38,063 nucleotides of DNA, from the IMG/VR virus record IMGVR_UViG_3300030372_004293, positions 1 through 38,063 of that record. One strand, 5' to 3'. Below the pieces are notes generated by a model. It searched no databases. It was not told the origin of the DNA and saw only the letters and a program-made list of their open reading frames with translations. Below are positions 10,601-19,555 of this stretch, piece after piece; positions within the stretch are counted from its first letter, which is position 1; every line of letters begins with the position of its first letter. Made by a program: the position numbers and the translations under genes. The stretch is from a virus (taxonomy: Duplodnaviria > Caudoviricetes).

Positions 10601-13600
10601 AGTGGGCTAGCACGGTCGATGGAATACGCAACCAAAAGACAGTCCCGAAAAAAGGAAAGGAAGGATACGCGCTAAAGGGCATGGACCTTCCATTGAACCT
10701 TGTAGGAAAAGGGCAAAGGATAAAGGCCCTGCTTACACACATAAAGAACTCTGGTGGGGATGACTTCAGCGCAGTCAAGCCAACCAAATCCCGGAGTGAG
10801 TCGTTTGAAGCCTATTTTGATAGGGCTAAGCAAATAGAGGAGAGGTTTAACAGAGCGCGACTATCCTCCAAGGGTCGAAGAGAGGGCTTGTCCCCCAAGG
10901 AAAGAGAGGGGGTTATCGATGCAGAAATTGACCGCAAGACGCAAGACCCGCCAGGCGACTGGGAAACCCGAGCCCTTGTTGAGAGGTTAAAGAAGCGCCT
11001 GTCTCCTTCTTGGAAGAAGCAACGCAAAGAGTACCTGTCAGAAAAGCTAGACACCTTGCCAGACGCAAGCCTGTCTAGGCTTCTTGAGGAAGAGGTCTAC
11101 ATAAAGTCTACCGAAGACCTCGTTCGGTGGTTTGAAGCTGAGTCACAGAGGGTAGACGCTGACAATTACATTAGAGGAATTAGAGAGGAGCGCGCTGAAA
11201 AGCCATTCATTCAGGATGGCAGGAAGGTAAGGAGCCCGACAAGGTTAACGGGAAGAAGGCAAGCCGACGGCCCCGACGCAGACGCTCCAGTAGAGCCAGA
11301 AGCCGGCAAGGCAGAAGCCGATACGCCAACCGACTCAGGACCAATCAGACAGCGGGAGTCCGGCCTTTTCTATGCACCTAAAAAAGGGCGCAGTCTAGAG
11401 CCAGGCGTTGAGGCAGCAAAGAAGGCAGCCAAAGAAGCTGGGGTAAAGATAGCCAAGGAGAAAGAAGAGGCTATTAAGGCGCGCAAGGAAGGGCGCACTA
11501 ATGAGGATATGCAAGAGCTGCGCGACAAGATATACGAAGACAGCGAGAGGATAGGCTGGGACTACGCAAACGAGGCCACTCGCATGGAAGTCGAGAGGTC
11601 TTACAAGTTCTTAGACGAACTAAAGAAAGACCCAGAAGCAGTCACCTCTGACGCCCCTGCTGTGATGGAAGAGTCTGCCAGGCTAGAGGCTATCGACCTT
11701 ATCGATGCTGCCCCGGACAGCAAGAAGCTGCGTGCCATTAAGAAGCACCTTGAGTCGATGAACACCCTGTCTAACCACAAGTACTCGTGGCTGATTAGGA
11801 CGTTTGGAGACATAGCCGGAGGCAAGACAAAGAAGTCATCCCTGCTAGAGCGAGGCACCGACGCAGTTCTTAGCAAGGCGATGAAGAAGGAGCTTGAGAA
11901 GACAGGCAGCGAGCTGGCCTGGGCAGATGGTGTAGCCGATGCGCTTGCATGGCAGCAGCGATCCATTGACCTACAAAAAGATGTCGGTTGGGGGAACTCG
12001 CTAACAAGAATGTGGAAGAAGGGTCGGGTTATCCGAGACCTTGGCGGCGTTGTTAATGCTGCTGTTGCCAACTGGTTTGTTGAGGCTGCTACTGAGGGCA
12101 ACTTCACTGCTCCAGTCAAGGCTCTTAACAGGCTTAAGAAGTACAGAGATTGGGAGAAGAGCCCAGGCTCGCGCGACCGCAATTCCCTTGAGGGAGTGTT
12201 TCACGAGTCCGCTAGACAGAACAGGCTGGCAGCAAGCGACATCCACACCGCTGAGATAGACCTAGCAATTAACGCCTTGAGAGAAGAGCCCAAGACAGCC
12301 ACCGGGAAGGTGCTTAGAAAGGCTTCGGAAGCTGTCGATAAAGCCTACAGCGTGGCGCAGATAGAGAAGACATGGAAGAACATCGATAAGTCCTACAAGT
12401 TGAGCCGCGCATGGACAGGGTTTAACAGAATACATTCGGACTTCTCTAAGATGAAGGTCGGTGACTCTGCCATTGTTACTACCGGGCGTAAGAAATCTTA
12501 CAAAATAAGTAAGGGTCCTGACGGGTGGACGATAGACGGCAAGAACGTAGGAAGGACTGTCAATGGCAGGCCACCTAGAAAGGTAGAGAGAATCATAGCT
12601 GACTCTGCTGCGTTTGATGCCAACAGTAAGTACTTCGACTACCGCAAGCGGAGCCGGGCTCAGATATTCCTTCAAGACCCTAAGCTGAACTGGCTTGTCA
12701 GCCCGTTCTATAGCTGGACCCACTATGCCTTAACAGCTCCTGGCAAAGAGGGCTTAGCCGGAGCAATGCTCAGGTCTGAGCCAACTGTTAAGTACTCGTC
12801 TCCATCGCTTCAGGCTAGCCAGAACGTAAGAAAAGCGCTGGCGGCTACTCGAGTTCTCTTGTCTATACAGGGCGCTCAAAACGACATGAGCAACACCCCT
12901 AACATAGACCCGTCTGCTGCTAAGTGGAGCGCTACAGACCCCGCGTTGCTTTACAAAGATGGCAAAGGGACTGTCATGTCAAGGAGCCTGAAGTCCTTTG
13001 CTCCGGCAACGACTATTGGCGAGCAGCTCGGTGTCCTTGCTTGGATAAGCCAGAACGCAGCCTACGCTTTTGGTGCAGAGCTAAGCGAAGAAGACATCAT
13101 GGAGATGAAAGAAGAAGAGTACGCGAACCTAAGCGAAGAGGAGATTGGCAAGGCGGTCAGGGCTGCCAATCTTATGCGAGACTTAAAGCCGATGGACAAG
13201 CTGCTGTCTCTTGGGGGGATAGAGGGAGGCCCGCTGCATGACCTTATGTCTCCGCTGCTAAAGAGTGGAGTGCCTGATGGTGAGAAGTTCTTAACAAACA
13301 TCTTGGACATGGCGATTACCGCAATGGCGGGAGGAGCTACGTCTGACTTTGTTAACGCAATCATTGGCATGGCTGAGCCTGAGAGTAAGTTCTCAAAAAG
13401 AATGTCCAAGTCTTTAAGGATAGCGGGAGAAAAAGAAGGCGAGGCTTTCGATAAGGATACTGATGAGAGGTTCTTCTTATCGACGATGTTTAACATCGGG
13501 GCTCAAGTCGTTGGCGAAGAGGAAGCTATCAACGCAAGGTTCATTCGCAACTTCAAGCACCGGTATAGGAAAGAACACATCGAGCCAATAAAGGACAAGA

Positions 13601-13716
13601 TTAAGAGAAGGGAGGACCGTGGTCTGGATACTAGCGAGCTGGAGTCCAGCCTTGAAAGAGCGAAAGAGATGATGGAGATTGGAGCTACACAGCTAGAAAT
13701 GCAGAGGTCTAAGTGA
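7636..13716 (+). CDS. Large DNA ejection / internal virion protein (~2026 aa)
   Basis: Very long helical, charged ORF at the end of the virion module. The likely start is ATG 7636, just after the upstream stop, rather than 7609. No enzymatic domain recognised. Confidence 0.65.
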   Translation: MAEKTLIEWLSEVDQAAKKQGYSWSDISQQVEDHLGIEDPTSLSEEDLNLPVKMYTHPELYQSSPDKEMMRRASLSPAERFAEEELTSAPIEGRSPAFDPAAGLGPDAFDATFPEAAQIHSPTGYESQLRSPVEVPYAGDLGVRELARQEALGLRQQSDYIPSIRRGLEQSERELSQQEEDKDGIDLGWANAFWAPLKAAIRLPSWGAGGVKASGDLVRSRIDPAIDAKRVSFGKKDPLDKGVAAGQAGAYDTAMALAGLPSFGGVRASLRHVPQDWKGKRIPLDFQVYTREGGYQDADDALRAAAFDESKLKDMKEGLRGAGMQELDPEDLRAQDVEDTLFNKSFKDAKAANDILMATREANDLGPVAQEAFNALSDLGEIATALYELGTYGLGLDTDPFNPVREAETAFDMGVSMVSGAAADVDDIVQDLGRKASAQPIVTFLTVMPMLRAGVAAGAMSKTVAANARKFVGRYGKLYDNLMNAASKSGVLGGAAQAAKMAWSGAKKFEDAASTALIAPAAKLAGKAAKPFVRALNPLSESATSPAAEALLDKTVNQRQNVVDAAVEILAERLDREGLSPEDLAPVMPRPGEGPASIRFDEIESAEAPVQQFEGDAPGDLTPHERLIPPNEVHLHQKAEGWPEGHSPIEYWDLAREEVLRGKRMSYGAMVEETPGPGTQGREYKVVVLPEEIAAAERRGVTTTQHDGVSFVRDQDGNVVLVPTRPGIKVTPLWEEGSRLRGITEEGGLQSPYTTNPTGSRASAVTARGSLAYDLTYGGYKDFIEGHAGRPRLARREGSEYTESYGQSATDLYDSEARRRAMLKRDIPESRKRQRLKEQRRREGELGEEAAGFDDAERIRRTAHLDPSVTGDARWLTQSQLDAIRSEAPRVAGEPVIPDKAPPLEAAFDIPLQKYVLKDADGNVVRQVEPEPAVQPDMPEPDAAPKQPERLDPETEAALDRALIEQMPLRPEVEPTGQGSLAEYKPKEKWASTVDGIRNQKTVPKKGKEGYALKGMDLPLNLVGKGQRIKALLTHIKNSGGDDFSAVKPTKSRSESFEAYFDRAKQIEERFNRARLSSKGRREGLSPKEREGVIDAEIDRKTQDPPGDWETRALVERLKKRLSPSWKKQRKEYLSEKLDTLPDASLSRLLEEEVYIKSTEDLVRWFEAESQRVDADNYIRGIREERAEKPFIQDGRKVRSPTRLTGRRQADGPDADAPVEPEAGKAEADTPTDSGPIRQRESGLFYAPKKGRSLEPGVEAAKKAAKEAGVKIAKEKEEAIKARKEGRTNEDMQELRDKIYEDSERIGWDYANEATRMEVERSYKFLDELKKDPEAVTSDAPAVMEESARLEAIDLIDAAPDSKKLRAIKKHLESMNTLSNHKYSWLIRTFGDIAGGKTKKSSLLERGTDAVLSKAMKKELEKTGSELAWADGVADALAWQQRSIDLQKDVGWGNSLTRMWKKGRVIRDLGGVVNAAVANWFVEAATEGNFTAPVKALNRLKKYRDWEKSPGSRDRNSLEGVFHESARQNRLAASDIHTAEIDLAINALREEPKTATGKVLRKASEAVDKAYSVAQIEKTWKNIDKSYKLSRAWTGFNRIHSDFSKMKVGDSAIVTTGRKKSYKISKGPDGWTIDGKNVGRTVNGRPPRKVERIIADSAAFDANSKYFDYRKRSRAQIFLQDPKLNWLVSPFYSWTHYALTAPGKEGLAGAMLRSEPTVKYSSPSLQASQNVRKALAATRVLLSIQGAQNDMSNTPNIDPSAAKWSATDPALLYKDGKGTVMSRSLKSFAPATTIGEQLGVLAWISQNAAYAFGAELSEEDIMEMKEEEYANLSEEEIGKAVRAANLMRDLKPMDKLLSLGGIEGGPLHDLMSPLLKSGVPDGEKFLTNILDMAITAMAGGATSDFVNAIIGMAEPESKFSKRMSKSLRIAGEKEGEAFDKDTDERFFLSTMFNIGAQVVGEEEAINARFIRNFKHRYRKEHIEPIKDKIKRREDRGLDTSELESSLERAKEMMEIGATQLEMQRSK

Positions 13717-14564
13717 AGCAATACACGCTAAGGAAAGGCGACCGTGGCCAGGAAGTTGCGCGCATGCAGCGCGTACTCAAGGTGGATGACGACGGGATCT
13801 TTGGCAGCAAGACAGAGTCAGCCGTCAAGCAGTACCAGTTAGCTAACCAGCTAGTTCTTGATGGCATTGCAGGCCAGAACACGCTGGGCGCGATGGGCAT
13901 CCCTGTATGGCTTGGCATTGACGTGTCATCCCACAACGGAGACATCGACTGGGACGACGTTGCTGCGGCAGGCGTGAAGTTCGTATGGATTAAGGCCACC
14001 GAAGGGACGACCCATACCAACCCAGGCTTCGAGGCTAAGTTCCGAGGGGCTCGTGATGCTGGCCTTATCGTTGGCGGCTATCACTTCTCCAGGCCAGACA
14101 CCAACATCAGCCAGAAAGACGACGTCTACAACGAAGCTCAGAACTACCTTAACGCTATGGCTAAGGTTGGCATTAGGTGTGGAGACCTAGTTCCTGCCAT
14201 GGACCTAGAGGCTGGGCTCAAGACCGACGATGACTACAACGCAAACTGGGCTCTCAAGTGGTTGTCGTTCGTCCAGTGTTCGGTGCGCGCAAGGCCCATT
14301 GTCTACACTGCCAAGTGGGCGTGGGACTTGTACCTACGCAAAGCAGACGAGGGAACGCTTAGGAGTTTATGCGACTACCCGGTATGGTGGGCCAGCTACA
14401 AGAACGGAGACGTCCGTAGCGAGCCACATACATCCCCACTAGGATGGGACGAATGGCAGACCTGGCAGTGGTCAGGAAGCAGCAGCGTCCCTGGCGTTAA
14501 GGGGAAATGCGACACCAACTGGATGAACTCGGACGGCATTAGCCAGCTAATCGTAGGAGAGTAA
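13713..14564 (+). CDS. Endolysin: N-terminal peptidoglycan-binding domain plus GH25 muramidase
   Basis: LRKGDRG...DGIFGSKTESAVKQYQ...DGIAGQNT (PG_binding_1 pattern); GIDVSSHNG, IKATEG, GGYHF, DLE, WQWS and DTN (GH25 motifs). Confidence 0.93.
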   Translation: MKQYTLRKGDRGQEVARMQRVLKVDDDGIFGSKTESAVKQYQLANQLVLDGIAGQNTLGAMGIPVWLGIDVSSHNGDIDWDDVAAAGVKFVWIKATEGTTHTNPGFEAKFRGARDAGLIVGGYHFSRPDTNISQKDDVYNEAQNYLNAMAKVGIRCGDLVPAMDLEAGLKTDDDYNANWALKWLSFVQCSVRARPIVYTAKWAWDLYLRKADEGTLRSLCDYPVWWASYKNGDVRSEPHTSPLGWDEWQTWQWSGSSSVPGVKGKCDTNWMNSDGISQLIVGE

Positions 14565-14565
14565 C

Positions 14566-14907
14566 GTGACCGACAAGCCCTCAGCAGAATCGACACACAG
14601 TAAGATGCTCATGGCAGTTGCTGCCATGGTCGTTGGTGGCGGCGCAGCTACCGGGGGCTTTGCGCTAGGCGGGCAGCCCGTAGACATGACACCCATCGTG
14701 TCACGTATAGAGAAGGTTGAAGAGACTCTCTCTACTCACGGCATTGAGCTTGCGCGCATGGAGGAGCAGGGCAAGGCCATGCGAAAGCTCCTTGAAGAAG
14801 AGATACCCAAGCTTAGAGAGAGCGTCATGGTGATGACCAAAAGCGTAAACTCTCTAGAGCTTCGATTGTCATTGGTTTGGAACAAGTTTAGCGAGGCACC
14901 AAAATGA
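14566..14907 (+). CDS. Membrane-anchored coiled-coil lysis protein (i-spanin or holin-like)
   Basis: N-terminal hydrophobic segment followed by a heptad-like helix; directly after the endolysin; SD AGGAG. Confidence 0.5.
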   Translation: MTDKPSAESTHSKMLMAVAAMVVGGGAATGGFALGGQPVDMTPIVSRIEKVEETLSTHGIELARMEEQGKAMRKLLEEEIPKLRESVMVMTKSVNSLELRLSLVWNKFSEAPK

Positions 14908-15335
14908 AGAGCTTACCATTCAAGGCTGCTAAGTCCGCGTTTGACATACGGAAAGTAATCTCGGGAGATGTCCATCTTTGGATGGCCATTATCTCCATTG
15001 TCAGGCTTGTCCTGCACTGGACTGGAGAGTCGGTCATCGAGGGCGGCTCTGAGGCGTTAACGGTATGGATTGTGATGGCCGTATGGGGCGTGCTCGGAGT
15101 TATCAAAGACATCCGCAAGGGAGGTACACCCTCCTCGTCAGTGAGCATTGTCCTGTTGCTGGCGCTCCTATCTCTGAGCGCAGGTTGCAGTCAGGCAAAG
15201 TTGGCGACCATGAAGAAGGGCCTGTTCAAGTGCGGGATGACGTGTTTGAGGTCGTGTTTGGCTGAGCAAGCTTTGCGTCATGCCGTGGACCTGAACGACC
15301 CTGTGAGCACGAAGGAAGTCATCGAGGATGATTAA
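14904..15335 (+). CDS. Holin-like membrane protein with an internal lipoprotein-signal-like segment
   Basis: Two hydrophobic segments, then KDIRK..VSIVLLLALLSLSAGC and a Cys-containing helical tail. Confidence 0.55.
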   Translation: MKSLPFKAAKSAFDIRKVISGDVHLWMAIISIVRLVLHWTGESVIEGGSEALTVWIVMAVWGVLGVIKDIRKGGTPSSSVSIVLLLALLSLSAGCSQAKLATMKKGLFKCGMTCLRSCLAEQALRHAVDLNDPVSTKEVIEDD

Positions 15336-15471
15336 GAAGTGGGGCGGCGACTACTACGTCTACGATAGCAGCGGCAAGAAGCGCTTGAACAAGAAGCCCA
15401 AGACAAAGAAGGAAGCGCTCCAGCAGGTTGCCGCCATTGAAATTTCAAAGAAGAAGAGAGGTAAAGCATAA
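15328..15471 (+). CDS. Small basic protein (47 aa), absent from the ORF track
   Basis: MIKKWGGDYYVYDSSGKKRLNKKPKTKKEALQQVAAIEISKKKRGKA; fills the gap, overlaps the upstream stop and has TAATG coupling downstream. Confidence 0.75.
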   Translation: MIKKWGGDYYVYDSSGKKRLNKKPKTKKEALQQVAAIEISKKKRGKA

Positions 15472-15737
15472 TGGCTACAAAGAAAAAGGCGGCTCCCAAG
15501 AAGGCGACTAAGAAGTCTACCCCCAAGAAAGCCGCCGCCGTTAAGAAGCCTGAGCCCGTTGGCCTTTGGTACGTTGGCCACATGATGAACCCGGTGCTTG
15601 GCTACAGGGCTAACGACATCTCAATCTCGCCAGTAGCTTACGGTTACTCCACATACGAAGAGGCGCTTAGCGCATCTGAGAAGAAGGTCTCAGGCGCTAA
15701 GCTCCCAGTGGTGGTATTCGTCAGCAAGGTTGTCTAA
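15471..15737 (+). CDS. Hypothetical protein with Lys/Ala-rich (histone H1-like) N-terminus
   Basis: MATKKKAAPKKATKKSTPKKAAAVKK followed by a small globular domain. Confidence 0.7.
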   Translation: MATKKKAAPKKATKKSTPKKAAAVKKPEPVGLWYVGHMMNPVLGYRANDISISPVAYGYSTYEEALSASEKKVSGAKLPVVVFVSKVV

Positions 15738-15763
15738 CGACCCAGAGTCCAGGTTAGTCTACG

Positions 15764-16324
15764 TCACAGTCGCAATGGCGGTTGTGATTGTAGCAACCGT
15801 TCTTCATTTGCTTTGCGGATACGTTTAGCCCACCTCTTTAGCAGCTTCCAGTGAGCGCTTTGCTGCCTGCATCTCTTGTGGCCGGCAGCCCTAACAGCTC
15901 TTACTTCAGCTACCCTCCAGGCAGCAGCCCCTGACACCCGGCACAGTCGAGTGGCCTTGGCTAGCTGCCTTGTTACGTGGTGCAGGTAAGCGGACACGCT
16001 ATGGTGCGCGTTGAACCTATCCACGTTGTAGCGACGTTCCCACCAAGGCCATAGCTGCATCATGCCGTGCGCCTGACAGCGCCTATACCCATAGTTACAG
16101 TCACCCATGGCAGCGCTTAGGTAGCCTGACTCAACGCATGCTGTTGCCAGCACTATGCCCCTTGCCTCTTCGTGAACCCCAGCTAGCTCCTCCATTCTCA
16201 GGAAAGAGAGTAGTCGATACGGGTCAGGGCTAGTCGCATTCCGACAGGTCATTGCCTGCTCCACTAGCTGCCGCTCATGGAGCGTAGGCTCCGCAAGCGA
16301 CAGCACAATGGCGATGGCTATCAC
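15764..16324 (-). CDS. Lytic transglycosylase (SLT)-like protein with hydrophobic N-terminus
   Basis: ATACVESGY (catalytic ES motif) and AHGMMQL (GLMQ-like motif). Confidence 0.65.
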   Translation of the reverse strand: MIAIAIVLSLAEPTLHERQLVEQAMTCRNATSPDPYRLLSFLRMEELAGVHEEARGIVLATACVESGYLSAAMGDCNYGYRRCQAHGMMQLWPWWERRYNVDRFNAHHSVSAYLHHVTRQLAKATRLCRVSGAAAWRVAEVRAVRAAGHKRCRQQSAHWKLLKRWAKRIRKANEERLLQSQPPLRL

Positions 16325-16539
16325 GATGGATAAGCTCTGTTAATCTCCTCCTCGGTGGCCTTCCTCTCGATAGAGGATGACGGCACGATAGAGAAGGTTC
16401 CATCAGGGCGCTTCATTCGGCACATGCTTGTGCGACCCTTCTTAACAGGGCCCATGTATCGGCTTATCCGAATCATGGTGCGCTGTACTCCTAGCAGCTC
16501 TCGGTAGTAGCCGCCCTCTTGCATCTTAGCTATTCTCAT
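16321..16539 (-). CDS. Hypothetical protein
   Basis: 72-aa ORF with SD AGGAGG, coupled to its neighbours. Confidence 0.7.
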   Translation of the reverse strand: MRIAKMQEGGYYRELLGVQRTMIRISRYMGPVKKGRTSMCRMKRPDGTFSIVPSSSIERKATEEEINRAYPS

Positions 16540-16548
16540 TAGAGCCTC

Positions 16549-17223
16549 CTACAGCAGTGGTGCCGGTTCGTTAGATGACTTGGGGGAGATGAGGCCAAGG
16601 AAGGCGTCTCTTTCATTGAGAGGTATCTCTGAAAGCCTTGAGTAACCGCCCTGCTTAAGAACCTCCCTAACCCTGTCAGTACTGGTCCCGTCTTCCTGCA
16701 TGACCTTTACCTGGAGTTGAAACTTCTTATCTACCAGGGCTCTCATCTTTGGGTCCTCGGCGGTCCAAGTCCCCCCTTTGCCGTCCCTGTCCGTCTGGAC
16801 AGCTCCGTCCGTGTCCTCTCCAGTGCATATCCCCAGTGTTCCAGAGATTGCGTACCGCCTTGCATACGAGTAGCAGATTCCGCAAGCCTGTGCTGCGTTG
16901 GTGCCCCTGCCCTGACTAATGGTGAGCATGGTCATGCTCCGTATCCACTGGCCAGAACTGTGCCCAAGAATCTGTATCACACCAGCCTGGTTGCCCACCG
17001 TAGTGGGAAGGTGGGTGATGCTCAGCCCAGTGGCCTTAAGGACTGGGCGCGCAACATCCCAAACATCCTCAAGCTTGGCGTAGTCGTTTCTAAGATGGGG
17101 GTTCTTGCCCGTCTTCTTGGCTGGCTTGATTGTCGATTGCGCGACTGACAGCGCCGCTAGCAGCTCGTTTAGCTGCGGTGAAGTCGATATCAACTCAGTG
17201 ATGAACTTGTCTTCTGCTTCCAT
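16549..17223 (-). CDS. erf: ERF-family ssDNA annealing protein
   Basis: KTGKNPHLRNDYAKLEDV, LGHSSGQWI, AQACGICYSYARRYAISGTLGI and EDTDG match ERF motifs. Confidence 0.92.
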   Translation of the reverse strand: MEAEDKFITELISTSPQLNELLAALSVAQSTIKPAKKTGKNPHLRNDYAKLEDVWDVARPVLKATGLSITHLPTTVGNQAGVIQILGHSSGQWIRSMTMLTISQGRGTNAAQACGICYSYARRYAISGTLGICTGEDTDGAVQTDRDGKGGTWTAEDPKMRALVDKKFQLQVKVMQEDGTSTDRVREVLKQGGYSRLSEIPLNERDAFLGLISPKSSNEPAPLL

Positions 17224-17236
17224 GATTGCTCCTCCT

Positions 17237-18235
17237 TTAACTTAGCTCTCTTTGACTCATGCTGAACCTGCGGTTGCCTCGCTTGTCCGGCTTAGAGTTC
17301 TTAACGGTAAAGCCTTCCTCTATCTCTATCCCTATGCCAACACCTATGGCCACCTTAAGCCTGGCCTTAATGTTGTCCTGCTCCTCCTTCAGCTCCTTCA
17401 TCTGCTTTGATATGGCCTGATACCTAACAACATCATCCCTGCACTCGGGCGCTTTGGATATGTTGCCGTGCTCAAACCTAGACGCCTTGGCTATCGCGTC
17501 GAAGTCGGTATTAAGGGGCTGCGGAACGTGGTCCCCATTCACCGAGTTCTCCCATAGCCAAGACAGCCTCTTCTCTGCCGCGTCTATCCACTCTTGGTCC
17601 CGTTGTATCTCAAAGATATACAGGTCCTTAGCAGAAGACCCCAGGTCTGCCCCTGCAAGTAGCCTGCAATGCAGGTCCCTTCCGCAAGCACCCACGAGGT
17701 AGCCCATCGGCGCATCTAACACCCATAGCTGGTGCTGGACCTGAGCCCAGTAAGCATAGAGCGTGGTGCCCCTTATCGACAGTGGGTTGCAGCCGGACTC
17801 GGCAAAGGTCTGCCAGGCTGCGAAGTCCTTAACGACCTTAACCTCTATAGATATGTCTATAAGGCCAGGCGTCTCAAGGAAAGCGTCTGGCGTGGCTGTA
17901 GCCCACTCGTACTTGGAATGCCTGAACGAGTATGACCCTGACTTAAGTACCCAGTCAGGACGCCTGTGCTCAACCACTGCCTGCAAGACGTAAGGCTCAA
18001 GCTTTACCCCTAGCTGGACAGCAAACTTGCCAGAGATATCCTCGTGCTGGATGTCTCCCCTGAGTAGCTTGACTGCCGTATAGGGGCCTTGCCACTTGTT
18101 GACACCAAGAAGAGCGGGAGCCGTGCTCGCACCCACGCTTTTGTGTGAGTTGCGCCAGGCGCTCCACTCCTCTTGGCTTAGCCCATGCGAACAGAAGATT
18201 ACCTCCGCTCTTGTTCTTGGGACAGGTGGCTTCAA
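17237..18235 (-). CDS. YqaJ/lambda-type exonuclease
   Basis: EEWSAWR..VGAS, G..LEP, ATPDA, IEVK and YWAQVQHQLWV motifs. The likely start is TTG 18235, overlapping the upstream TGA with SD GAGGTG, rather than 18301. Confidence 0.9.
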   Translation of the reverse strand: MKPPVPRTRAEVIFCSHGLSQEEWSAWRNSHKSVGASTAPALLGVNKWQGPYTAVKLLRGDIQHEDISGKFAVQLGVKLEPYVLQAVVEHRRPDWVLKSGSYSFRHSKYEWATATPDAFLETPGLIDISIEVKVVKDFAAWQTFAESGCNPLSIRGTTLYAYWAQVQHQLWVLDAPMGYLVGACGRDLHCRLLAGADLGSSAKDLYIFEIQRDQEWIDAAEKRLSWLWENSVNGDHVPQPLNTDFDAIAKASRFEHGNISKAPECRDDVVRYQAISKQMKELKEEQDNIKARLKVAIGVGIGIEIEEGFTVKNSKPDKRGNRRFSMSQRELS

Positions 18236-18501
18236 CTCCCCACCTCGTCTGATGGTACAGATTGAAGAACGGTCTGCGTCCTTAACTTGAACCGCTTGCA
18301 CACCTTAATGACAAGCCAGGTTGTAGAGTCTAGCCATTCCTCTTTCTCTAGCCCGTGTCTTAGGTACTTCTCTGCCTCGTCTACGCTGTTCAGCTTTGGC
18401 TGGTTGTCTACATAGAAGAACTCTCCAGGGTTATCGTCGCTGTAGTATGCAAGCATTACCTGACCGTGGTTTCGTCGCGCCTTTGCTTTGTTATCAGTCA
18501 C
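18232..18501 (-). CDS. Hypothetical protein
   Basis: 89-aa ORF with SD GAGGAG, overlapping both neighbours. Confidence 0.7.
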   Translation of the reverse strand: MTDNKAKARRNHGQVMLAYYSDDNPGEFFYVDNQPKLNSVDEAEKYLRHGLEKEEWLDSTTWLVIKVCKRFKLRTQTVLQSVPSDEVGS

Positions 18502-19462
18502 AATACTCTCCTCTCATTGGTTGCTTTCTCCTTCTATAATCAATCGGGTCAGTCTCTCCAGCGTAGTTAGACGCTGCCCATCGAGACTCCACGTCTGCTC
18601 CAAACTCTCTGAACATCGGCGGTATTAGGGAGATAAACACTGTAGCCTTCCCGCCGTGCTCGAACCTGTACCTAAGCAGCCCAGCGACAGAGGCTAGCTG
18701 AGTGTCTGTGTACCCAGGCAGCTTGCGCGAAGAGCTAAGCATGTCGTTCTTAGGCGCACCCCTAGAGCGCGCACTATCCCAGCTATCTATGATTAGGATG
18801 TCCGCATCCCTTAACCGCTTCCACTTCCTGTCGTACCCCTCCTCGTTACCAGCAGACTTGCTGGCGTAAGCCTTCATCGTCTGCTCCCTTATCAGGGCAG
18901 GGTACTTCCAGACCTTGTCCATCATCCCACGTCTAACTATCCTAGATATGATAGTGGACTTCGAGCTGCCCGGCTGACCGTACAGGTAAAGGGGTGACCA
19001 CCCGTCTGACTTTCCAGACCGGTACCACTCGTTAATCACACCCTCTATGTACCTACGGTTCGGCTCTTGCTGGTAGTAGTTATCCACACCCTTAACGATT
19101 GCAGGCTGGTCGGAGTAAAGCGAGCGCCACTTGGACTCGGAAGCATCTCTCGACTTCTTAGCTGCACCTATAGCGGCGCACCCACAATGTCCCTCAAGGT
19201 CATACCAGGTAACGCCACCTTTGGAGTTAACGTGCCTATCCATCTTAGCGTATTCGTTACATCCATCTGCCCAGCAAATCCTAGGCCACGGCTTGTCACA
19301 GTGCATACACTTGCTGTAATCGTTATGAGTAAGAACCTTACGGCACTCCATGCAAGTAGACTCGCCAAGGACAATCCCATGAACAGATTGAATTATATAT
19401 TCAGGAGTTAGCTTGGCTCTAAGCTCTTCAGGTATGCGAGTAAAGACTTCTGATATATTCAA
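18494..19462 (-). CDS. DnaC/IstB-like ATPase with N-terminal Cys-rich (zinc-binding) region
   Basis: CxxC pairs; LYLYGQPGSSKS (atypical Walker A); DADILIIDSW (Walker B-like); RF..GKATVFIS and VESRW. Confidence 0.7.
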   Translation of the reverse strand: MNISEVFTRIPEELRAKLTPEYIIQSVHGIVLGESTCMECRKVLTHNDYSKCMHCDKPWPRICWADGCNEYAKMDRHVNSKGGVTWYDLEGHCGCAAIGAAKKSRDASESKWRSLYSDQPAIVKGVDNYYQQEPNRRYIEGVINEWYRSGKSDGWSPLYLYGQPGSSKSTIISRIVRRGMMDKVWKYPALIREQTMKAYASKSAGNEEGYDRKWKRLRDADILIIDSWDSARSRGAPKNDMLSSSRKLPGYTDTQLASVAGLLRYRFEHGGKATVFISLIPPMFREFGADVESRWAASNYAGETDPIDYRRRKQPMRGEYCD

Positions 19463-19555
19463 TTGTCTATCTCCTTTAGCATTAGTGTCGGGCTAGAAGC
19501 CGTCGCCCTCCGTCGATGTCGGTTGAGACACTGACCAAAGCATAGCGCGTGATAT

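Noticed and set aside
7636-13716. Virion RNA polymerase or polyvalent enzyme domains in the giant protein
   Set aside because: No DxDGD, methyltransferase, helicase or lysozyme motif was recognised by eye; HHpred is needed to exclude them.
15738-15763. Bidirectional terminator at the convergence of the two modules
   Set aside because: No hairpin with a U-tract is visible.
19483-19534. Possible structured RNA between the DnaC-like gene and ruvC
   Set aside because: Only an ~8-bp outer stem with ambiguous inner pairing.
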